From: Hydrolagus colliei
Taxonomy: Eukaryota
DNA length: 64,000 nucleotides
Reading direction: 5' to 3'
NCBI GenBank assembly: GCA_035084275.1
Contig: CM068750.1
Span: 9,238,001 to 9,302,000, forward strand
The notes under the pieces were generated by a model. It saw nothing but the letters and a program-made list of their open reading frames with translations, did not search any database and was not told the origin of the DNA. Of the stretch, positions 26,823 to 37,600 are shown in pieces. Position 1 is the first letter of the stretch. Every line of letters starts with the position of its first letter. Both the position numbers and the translations under genes were made by a program.

Positions 26823-29800
26823 ACCGTACAAGAGACACACTACATGACTTAACTCTTTGGGTGCTGCTAATGTTTGAAGAAGAACTAGCATTGGAAAGCT
26901 TGTGTATTTTTGCATTCCTCGTTTGCAAAAAATCAACAACTCCATGAGGAGATTTTCATTACCGTGATGACATGATGTTTCTTCCATTCCAGACCTTCTT
27001 GTTTCCAGTTGGCAGTGAAAGTGTTCATTATTTCTTCATACAACATTGGGTATAGATGTGAGTCCAATTAGTCTATGCTATGTGGAATTGCTACTACAAC
27101 ATGAATATATTATATGGAGCTTATAGCCGCTGGCAATATTTGGCGCTACAGGTCAACTATTAAGATTAGACACAAGAGCTAAAATATTCCTCATGCTGCT
27201 AAGTGAAATGACCCAGTGTTCATCCTTTATCAGCACACGTCGCTGTATTGAGCCACATGAGGAATCTTTTGCCAAACAAATTCTGGAAATGCAAAAAAAA
27301 CAACAGCTAAAATACTACGAGTAGCATATTCCAGCTGTCACCACTACTGTCCATTTGGCTGGTCCTGTTTCTAGAATTATTGCCTCTCTATCTCACACTT
27401 CCTATTCTCCATCACCACCAGCATATCTTACAGGAACTCCCTCTTCAAACTGACAATGTTATCTACCTCCACTGCCTCCCTGGTAAAATTGTTCTGCATA
27501 TTTATCACCCGCCTTGTAAACAAGTTACATCTTTACTGCAGTCTAGCTGTGGATTTCTTGACTCCTATCGAACGTTTCAATAGAATTCAACCTCTTTATG
27601 CACTTTAGAATTAGAACATTTTAGTAAGACAATCCAATAATGTTTTCTGATGTAAACATGACTAATTTTCTCAGTCTCTTTTCCTACCTCGGGGGCCTAG
27701 TCCTCTTTTTCAATTGAACTGCCCATCGTATCCTCTCAGAAGCCCAGTACAGACAACAGAATATTACACCTTGGTCCAGACAAATACGTTTCTCCATCCC
27801 TTTACTTATATAAAAAAAACCTAAAGCCAATCACGCATTTTCATTATGTACATGATATAGCTTTGTCTTTAGTAGTTTATACCTTATTCTCCTTTCAACG
27901 GCAATCACTGTGAAATATACAGAGATGGGTCACTTTAACTTCCAAAATCGCAAATTTTTCATGTAGCTGATAAAAATACCTATGGCTGTTAAAATCCTCA
28001 ACCATTTTTTTAAAAAAATTTCCTCATGGCTTCCTAATCTTGTTCTCAGAGGAATTAAAGCTACATGATACCAGGTTTTCCTAAAATTAGTATTAAAGTT
28101 AATGAAGTGATTAATTAACATTGACCCAATTTAGTTCAAATATTAATGCTAAACATGTTCTGCTTGAAAATGTTGCACAATACAATCTTGAATGAGTTAG
28201 GTCCTCATATCACTGAGTGGAGGGATATTCATACTTTTTATTAAAAGGAATGGCAATGTTTTACAGCTAGCAACCTGAGAAATACTCTGTATCACCCTCC
28301 CACCATTGAGCGCCTTGGGACGTCCTCCTGACGTGAAAGGCGCTATGCAAGTACAGTATAATTTTGGTCAGCACCCCCCCCCCCAACCCCCCCCACCCAT
28401 TCCCACTCAGCTCTCTTCGCCCCCAGTTCGGGTGTCAGTCAATCAGCATTAAGCACTTTGAGATATCCTCACAACATGAAAGGCACAATTTTATGTAAAG
28501 GGTTGTTGTTTTGGTAAATAAATATTATTCACCAAAGTACAGTGTGGCTGCATCAAAACTAGAAAGAACAAGAAAGTAACCACATATCAGCCAATCCAGC
28601 ATGTTTTACCATTACCTAAGCCCAATTATTTGTGCTTATTTTGAGAAACACCTCAACAGAATCATTAGGAAGGAATGTAGCTTTAATCTTTGGAAAAAAA
28701 AGTTCCTACCTAGTTGGGGTTTCCGATCCCGAGGTTCGAATTAATGACCAGATAATCCAATATGGTGTAATATAGTTTATTTAAATATCCCAAAGCATTT
28801 AACACATAACAGAATCAAAACGTTATTACCCAGACTCTTGACTCTGGATGGATGCCATGGTGCACAACTCATGTTTCTAGCTTTTTTGTCTTCTCCTACG
28901 TGGTCACTGCCCCTAACAGTTTCTAATCTTTGTTTTTTATACCTTTTTCTTTCACTCTTTCAGAAACTTGTTTTCCATCAATTTCCATGGATGCCTTCGT
29001 ACATCATGGTGACCATGGATGCGTAATCTTCACCCTTGTTTTATTCCAACTCATACTATCTATGCCCCTCATAGCCATATCATCGGTCAGATACTTATAT
29101 TTAATTTAAGCATATATCCTTTATCCACCCTGATAGTTACCTAATTTAACCCACTAACTACCCAATGTGTTTTATGATTGTTAATGTCACATCCCAACAA
29201 CCTTTAGCCCATCATTGTAAAAAGCTGATGAATGCAACATCTTGAAAACAGCCTACAAAAATTTATGTTCATTCCACTTTACAGTAAATCCCGTGACACA
29301 GTTTGCAACATCCTCCCAATGTGAAAAGCTCTTTCCCAATATTAAAGAAGGATTATTTATAAATCGGTATCTTTATCTCCAGAATGATAGTCAAAAGATA
29401 TTGGTGTCTAAATTATAGAGTTGGCATGCTATAAAAATATGGCTGTAATGCAAATTGCAATACCAGGATGTTGCAAATAGACATATGAAGAGAACAATGT
29501 GTTTCTTAACACAATTGCAAAAAATATGCAAATGCTTGTACATAAATGTGAACTGTTTTACTCAACAAAAACTACGGTCTAGACATATATGACTGTTGTA
29601 TTTTTGTATAGAATGTGTTTTATGCAGATAATATGATAGCTTTATTCATTTAAAAGCAAAAAAATGCATATCTTTTACTGTACCCTTAGAGTTAACACTA
29701 GATTTTATAGACCAGATATTTTTATCCTAGCTGTTCAAAAATGCAAATGAAATATTTTAATTTAGCAGCATAAAATGTGTAGAGTTAAAGGTATAGAAAT

Positions 29801-30200
29801 TTACTATATACAGTACTATATTTGCTAAATCGCCTTTGTTAATCAAGCCTAAAAGTCCTTCAATTATTTATGATTCGAGATTTGAGTCAAGCGAACAATT
29901 TTTCTTTAATCTGTTTTAATTGTTTTTGAAATTTGTTAAATGAAGCATGTGTTTTGTTAATAAGATGGACTTTTTTTGTTTCTGTTACACTTCAATTCAA
30001 AATATATAAATTGTAGTAAGAATATCTAAGTTGCAGTAAGAAAAAAGAAGTCTTCCTAGCTTCTTTCTTCATTATTAAAATGGTAACAAATATTTAAGTG
30101 CTTGTTGTTCTCGAATACTTGTACATAAAATGTATGTCTGTCATTCTTAATATGTCTGTCCCAAATGCAAGCTATAAAACACCATTGATATAATTACTGA
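26823..30200 (+). other. FMN1: Probable FMN1 3'UTR (3' end approximate)
   Basis: Follows the stop codon. The AU-rich distal part has two Pumilio elements TGTACATA (29537-29544, 30120-30127), ATTAAA at 30074-30079 and TATAAA at about 30173. The end is inferred, not demonstrated. Confidence 0.5.
28712..29199 (-). mobile_element. Solo LTR (ERV- or gypsy-like), 488 bp
   Basis: Termini aGTTGGG...CCCAACA (TG..CA inverted ends, one base mutated). 4-bp TSD ACCT at 28708-28711 and 29200-29203. Minus-strand TATAAAA (28941-28935) then AATAAA (28781-28776) in U3-R-U5 order. Confidence 0.75.
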
Positions 30201-32009
30201 GAAAAGTGGAATATTAGTGGACTAGCATAAACGATCTTAGTGCAGTCTTACTAATGTTATTTTACTGCATACATGGGCAAACATGCTCGGTTATATGTTG
30301 CTGCTGTTACTCTTGTTTTGGGCTGTGTTTAAACCCCTATTTACTTTGTTCAAGAAGTCTGGCACAATATTACTGGACCTGCCCGAGAGTGTTTAATTGG
30401 AAATGGTTCTCAACTTAGCAAAGTTGAATGATGCTTCTGATTCATAATTTGTTTCTTGCATTCATTGTACAGTATAATATTTAAGGGAAGGAATTGTCTC
30501 AGTCAACCTGATTTCTTTCAGATTGATGACTTGTAAGTTTACTGTGTTGGACAGAAATTAAAGTTTTCAATTTAGGGCAGAGTGTATTGCTTAAAATGTA
30601 TCAGTTGCCATAGCTAGAATAACTTTAAGGTTAAGATTAAGCAGCACTTGTTCAGAGAATACCATAAAACCAGTCAATGTCTTCAGCGCCTTGTGACGTC
30701 CTCCAGACGTGAAAGGCATTCTATAAATGTAAATTTGTTTGTTTGTCTGTCTTGCCCAGATATTCAGAAACCCATGGACCAAGTTATACGATTTTTCCCA
30801 TAATAAAGCTCCACCAAAATGTCCCAAAGTTGGCATGAAAATTAACATCTGGCCTTACGTTAAATTTTTCTGAATTGATGTCAATCACTGTGTCTTATAA
30901 TGAGATTGATACCTTACCTATAACAACATAGGAAAGTTTAGAGCAGCAAATTGTCAATTGGTCCTTCAAATCCTCTTCTTCAAAAAACCATGACGTCCCT
31001 ACTACTGTACTTTACTCCACCTATTGTTTCTCCTGGGTGAAAATTTTGCATAGTTATTCCCTGACCCTTTACCCCCAAAGATCAACTGATAAAACAAACA
31101 AAAAACTTTCTAAATCTTAATCTAGGTTGATTTCTTTTAGCATTTTAGGTCCATATGAAATTGCGGTATACAAAGCTAAGCAAATAGTAAGTTGAATCTT
31201 ACGGGTATTTGACTGTAACTCGATCAAAGGTTTTCTAACTTTGTCTACAACTCTGGTAAGGACACATTTGGAATATTGCATGCCATTTGGGGCAGAGGAC
31301 TTTGAGGCATTAGTAGAAGTTCATAATTAAATCTATATTGCTATCTAAAAACTATTTTTGGATGCATCCTATTTCCCCTAAAATCTAATGTGCAGAACTT
31401 GTCAGTTATGATGAAACACAGTCTTGCACTTTCTGAAAAATGTGTCTGGCTTATATAGTGATGACTTTATTGGCATCTCAAATTTCTAGGATAATCTAGT
31501 AAACTTTGTGAGCTAGTTAGTAAATACTGTAATGATGTGATTAGTCTTTGTGAGTCTTTCAACATAATCTTTCATAAAAGAGACACAATCAACTATAGTG
31601 GAACCCTTCTTTACAATGTTATATGCATTTTTCTGATAAAATTCTCTTGTTTGATCAACTTTTCAATCTTATTCGAATTGTGTTTATTTGGTGTAAAATG
31701 GTTAGTAGTAGATGATATTGAACAGTAGTTTTGTTAGTCTGACCTGATTGCTCTGTATTGCTATGAAATATTTGGAGTTTAACATGTACAAAATCTATCA
31801 TTCAATTACTCGAAAATACAGGTACTAGGCCTTCTTGATTCAAACACAGTTATACGATTGTTTTGAAGTACTCACAGTGAATGATGGGTCTGAGCCCCTA
31901 AGTCATAAATTAAGTAAATTTTATGATGGAAAGAAACCACAGGAGTGAGCAATGTATTAAAATCACAGCAAGGAGCAAATTCCTAGTGAGAATAAAAAGA
32001 AGCACAGCA

Positions 32010-34177
32010 CTTAGAAAGGTAGTTTTTATTTGTGTATTAAGAGTTAACATGGCGTATAAAACACTTGGAATGAAATCTGATTCCGTTCAGTTACAAAAAC
32101 TTTATGACTTCTTGGTTCTACTTGCCATAACCAAATTAGGTTGTGAAGTTCAACAATAGTCTGCAGATCATGCTATAGTAAAATGTAGTACAGTAATTAC
32201 AATATGCACAAGTGAGCATAAATACTTACAGTGGTCATTATTTAATGTTATTGAGCCAACCAGTTAAATGTTATTAATAATTACAGGCTGTTCAATCTGC
32301 ATTCTGGTTTATACCAAATAGTGGTGTGATCAATCTGTGGTCCTTATTGGTTTCCCATTCAGTATATGAATCTATTCTGGAGTTTAAGACTTACAGAGCA
32401 ATACAATCAGATAATAAAGCAATGGCGTTTCATACTGACCCTAATATTCTATTCTTTCCTGATGAACTGAGAAGAAATGAGTTGGCTGACTACTGTTTTC
32501 TTTTAATAAACAAAAACCTAAAAATTTACAATGCAAAATTAGACATGTTGTCAACCTCATTGAACCCAGACTCATCTTTGTTTAATGCCAATTGAACCAT
32601 CAATTTGAACTTAGCTTCACCTTGGCACACAGAGACAACTGGCTGCAAATTTGTTCGGCATAAACAAATTTAATCTGATTTATGTTTTTCTTCTCTCTTT
32701 CTCTCCAGTAAGAATAGCTTCTAATTTACAACAATGACTGTTCTGGTCTGAACAAATTCTACTCTACAAGAGATCCATTCTGTTATTGACAAAAACAAAT
32801 CCCAGATGCACTTCATCAGTCTTTTTTGTGAGACTACCTATGTCTCCTTTTTCTTTTCATTCCCCTTTCCTTTAATTTGTCCAGGTCATGCAACGACTGC
32901 AGTCAATAGGGCGAATGAGTGGCTTAATCCCAGGCCTCAACAGGGGGATGTGACTCACTGGGAGGTCAGTGAGAACAGCTCAGGGAGGGTTGGCTCTCAT
33001 TCCCTTTCTGGGGAAGCTCCAGGCATTTACTTGCCACTTCACCTTGATATTAAAGAGTATCACAGGTGAGAGACCCCAGATTGCAACACATTGTGATGCC
33101 TTTCGCTCTGTCCGCTGTTCATCCCACAAATCTATTACAGCAGTAAGTAAAAAAGAGATGCAATTTAAATCTTTACAGCAGAAAACAATAAGTATTATAC
33201 TCCTACAAGCTGCATTAAATTAAAAGCAAAAAAAAATAATTTTTTTTCTTTTACAATTATAGTCTTAGCTACTGTTATTGGTTCTTATTGGCTCCGATGT
33301 AGGCCGACACATTTCAATCATCTAACAAAATATCCAGTAATAAAAACATGCCAAAAGGAGAATACAGGAATCTAATAATAGCTGATTATTGAAAAAAATG
33401 ATACTGTGGCTCTGAAAGTAGACCACATTTTGTCTGACTTACTAAACCTACATGTTGAATAATAATGTTTGTGTTTTACATTCTGTTATAGGTAAATTAT
33501 TTGTGAATTATGATGCTTTATTTTTAACCATTGAGTTGAGGGATATTGTGCGCATGTGGCGATTATAGAGACTGCTTTACACTAATGCTGCCACCTCCAG
33601 GTAAAAGCAGTGGGAATGCAAGTGTGTCATCCTGTTAAGGAAAAGGTGTTCATTCCTGCCCTCTCAAGTTCCCATTGCAAATTAGCGGGAGCACACACAA
33701 AGATGTGCTGCAAAAGTTCTTACATAAATAGCACTGATTTTTCAACAGTTCAAATATCTTCCACACTCAAGCTTGTGCAGTGTACATTTCTCTGGGTGAC
33801 TTGAATTAACCTTCTGTAAACTTTCATCAGTGCCAGAAATAACGTCCCTTTCGGTCAACCTTGCAATATTATGGGCATAATTATGCTGAATAAAATCTCT
33901 CCCAAAAAAACAGAAATAACATTATTAAATACCCATAACATTCTGAACAAAAAGCTTTGAAATAATTATTTAAATATTCATATCCTTCTTTCTTGACTAT
34001 TCACATTCCACACGGTGGAAATTATCTACTTGAGTGTTCCGATTTTGATCCAAGTCCTTGAAAAATACAGGTGATTGAGGATCAAACCACGTGTAACTGC
34101 GAGTCCCTGTCATTTTGCTTGTGGTATAGTAATGATGAATTGCTGAGTTATGTTAGTGGAACAGTGTGTTTGTAGCT
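32010..34177 (-). other. GREM1: Probable GREM1 3'UTR
   Basis: Downstream of the stop codon. Minus-strand AATAAA at 32030-32025 is followed by a GU/U-rich tract. Confidence 0.55.
32025..32030 (-). terminator. Candidate GREM1 polyadenylation signal
   Basis: AATAAA on the minus strand with downstream gtgctgtgcttctttttattc. Confidence 0.5.
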
Positions 34178-34696
34178 CTAGTTGAGGTCTATGGAAATGC
34201 AACGACAGTGTTTAACTCTCTGGATTCTTTTCTTTTTAATGGGTGGCTGCAAGTCAGGACAATTAAGAGTGACAGTCATGGTGGTGAATCTCTTAGGCTT
34301 ACAGAAGGAGCAGGACTGGAAGGAGCCCTCCTCCTTGCGGACATGCCTCGGGATGTAGAAAGAGTTGCACTGGCCGTAGCAAAACCTGTTGATGATCGTA
34401 CGACTGTTGCAGCCCTCTTCATGGATTGTTTGCTTGAGGGGCTGTGTTTTGCACCAGTCGCGTTTCAGGTACTTCCTCTCGGTAACGTGCAGTGCCTCGT
34501 GGCTCGACTCCAAGACCTCATCCACATTACTCCGGTTGCCGGCCTGCTCTGAGGTGTTGGGCTGCCCCTTGTCTGGGGAGGGGATCGCTCCCTGGGAACC
34601 ACGGTTGTTCTTTCTCTTTCCAGCTCTCTCGGTTGCACCTTGTAGGAATCCCCACAGGAACAAGAAGACACACAACGTACACAGGGTTCGGGTCAT
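34178..34696 (-). CDS. GREM1: Gremlin-1 (DAN-family BMP antagonist), 172 aa, single coding exon
   Basis: Signal peptide, SQGAIP motif, EVLESS.EALHVTERKYLKRDWCKTQPLKQTIHEEGCNSRTIINRFCYGQCNSFYIPRH...CSFCKP...CRCISIDL cystine knot. Splice acceptor ctttgctctttcctcag|G ATG immediately upstream (exon starts 34697). Tail-to-tail with FMN1 as in other vertebrates. Confidence 0.99.
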   Translation of the reverse strand: MTRTLCTLCVFLFLWGFLQGATERAGKRKNNRGSQGAIPSPDKGQPNTSEQAGNRSNVDEVLESSHEALHVTERKYLKRDWCKTQPLKQTIHEEGCNSRTIINRFCYGQCNSFYIPRHVRKEEGSFQSCSFCKPKRFTTMTVTLNCPDLQPPIKKKRIQRVKHCRCISIDLN

Positions 34697-37600
34697 CCTG
34701 AGGAAAGAGCAAAGCTAATTTAATGGTAGGTTAACTACAAATATTTATTAATCATATTAAGTGTAGCTAATACTTGTGGGAGTGGGGGGTGGGTTTGCAT
34801 TGTGCCAAATAAGTCGTCTGATGATGCAACAGATGGTGTTTATCCACCAAAGTTACTGGATAAGTCTCCACCAGTATTTTTGTTTATCTGTTATCAACAG
34901 TGCCTGAGTCCTGCAAATCCTTCTGGCTTAGAACTGGAATACCAAGACACAGTTTCAACTCGCTTCTGACATTCCATTGTCGAGCATGTTAGCTTGAAGC
35001 CTAAGCAACTCCAAGGAGATCCCGCTTATCTCATTCCCTTCCCCCTACCCTCCCACACCCCCACCACCCCCCACCCCACCAGTAGGTAGTCTACCACAAT
35101 GGACTGAATGGCTTTCTCCTTCCCTATAATCATTGTATAACAGCACTCTCCCATCCTCCTCCTCCTCCTCCAAGCAAGCTCACGGATAAATGGCTAAAGG
35201 ATAATAAAGTATAGTGACTTAGAAAGCACAGAATATTTAAACATGATATCTGGATACTGGCCATTACGGAGCTAGATCTTCACTGGTCAGTAAATTTACG
35301 GACCTTGACCATGTGCATTTATAATGGGGAAATCCCATTACTCCTAAATGGTAGTTCAGTGACTTATGGTGATAACAAAGATGACTTGGGTCACAGATCA
35401 CACACAGTTCTGCTGTAGATCATGTGGATTGCTACTATTTTCATAGAACTGAATTGGACTAGTTTGACACTGTTTCCCGCTTTGATAGCTCTAGCAAAAT
35501 GGAGCTGTGCAACTGTACAAAGAACTGTGCACATTTAGAACTTAACTGTAAGACTGCAGCAAATCGACTGAATCATACAAAATCTCTCAGTTAGTGAAGT
35601 ACAAATGTTTATATCGAAATAGAGAGGCGATACATTTCACAACTAATCTCACAACTAATTCTCCTGCATTGAGGTTTTTTTCTTAAAATAGACCAAACTC
35701 CCACCCAAAGGAATATTATCACATACCCTTTCCCCATCCCATTAGATGCATTTAATGCTGAAGTTTCCCAAGAACAAGTTTGTGCTAAAACAAAGTTTCC
35801 TCTCAGGTGACTAGTTGTGCACTGATTGTATCAGATGAGCCACAAATAGATTTTTTGCATCACAAGATCTCCCGATAGTAAGTTTATTTAATCATGGGTA
35901 AGTTAGGTCAAGGTTTGTGTTAGGGTTGTAAGCATTAAGCCAATTTTTAATTCTCGGTTAGTACATAATGAGGTTCAGCACAACCTAATGATTTTTAACT
36001 GTAAATCTCTTTTTTACGTTGGTTCGGTTTGGATGATCAAACCAAGTTCTCCCACTAGGAGGTGCGAAGAATGCTTTTCAAAAGTGCTATTCATTGCTCA
36101 GTCATCAATTTCATTTTCATTGTTTTTTTCACCAGTATAAATGAGTAAATTGTATGCACTTAGCTTTTGCACTTGGAAAAAGTGGAGGTCTGCGAACATA
36201 CATCAACAAGAACAAAATTACATTTGTATAGCGCCTTTCACGTCGGGAGGATGTCCCAAGGCACTGATGTTTGCATGCTGTGGACATACAACCAGGATTA
36301 ATGGCATGTGCAAAGCTCTACTTAGGAGCATCCTATCGCCAATGACATTTACCCTTTTTTGATCCCCTTTCCTGTCTCCTGAATTATACCCTCTATCTTT
36401 TGTCTCTTTCTAAAATCTAAATATTGACTATTTTGAAAAGAATTCAGTTATTTTTAGAATTTGCTTAGTTTCCTTCATGAGTTAAACCATTTATTATTAT
36501 ACCCTGTTTATAGTTTTCATCAAATATTCTGACCACTAAACATCTCTGCTCCAGTCAGCATTGGGAAGCTCTTTTTTATTTGATAAATTTACTAGCTTTG
36601 GTGGCACACTTTGCTTGTTGATATATTTACAAACTACCGCGATCATTTAGAAAGGGATTTACCCATTAGAGTTGCAGTACACAAAGTAAACTTACCAACA
36701 AGCAGATAATAACTTTCTCTATGACTTAGCAGTGGAGCTTTGTAAGAAAATTGTTCCCATTGGAAGCAATGGGAAAGACTGCATATGCAAAGCATGTATG
36801 GCCTGGGGCAGTGTATGGATTTATTGCCCCCTTGTGCTTCCAATGATTTCTATAGGAGACATATTCCAGATGTGTTACGAGGAAATTTATTACTGTATCC
36901 TCTTGCACTCCTTATTGTTTTCAATTACACATCATGTCAACTGAGTTTATACAATGAACCTGAATGATATCAAAAGCCTACATAACACCTTCCCGCATTT
37001 TCACCTCAACTCCCATCATGATGTACCACAATATCTTTTCTGACCGATTCTTTTAAGTTTTAAGATTATTTCTGGCTCTTTGCTTTATTCGCTGCTTGAA
37101 AGCTGAAAATTGCATTTCATGGCAAATATTTCTTAGTTTGCATTAAATAACATTTGTTTTTCTGCTCACAGATTGATATTACATATTCAGTATACACAAA
37201 AGCTGCTTTATTTGAAATTAGTTGGTTGAATAAAATGCTGACTTAAACCTATACAATATTCAGATTTTTAAAAACAATTTATGAGTAGTGGCTGCAATAT
37301 TTTATCACCCACTTTAATGGCTGAATGATTTATTCAGTATCATTTTAATACAATTACATGGTGATGAAATTTTTTTAAAAGGTCCTTTCTAATTTCAACT
37401 GTGCCATGTTAAGAAAAGACTAATTGACTGTGACAATCGCAAAAGCTTTTGCTGTTGCAAAATAGTTACAATTCTCGGGATGCATTTATTAGCTAAGCTT
37501 GCAATAGGAACATGTTACCCTATGGATATCAACTATTAACCACAATTTTAGGTTAGCCAAAATGAGCATGGAAATGTGTTAAAACATTGAGAAATTATGA

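Noticed and set aside
34166-34718. Several overlapping ORFs (128, 109, 69, 68, 61 aa) on both strands over GREM1
   Set aside because: Shadow frames of a GC-rich coding exon, with no recognisable homology.
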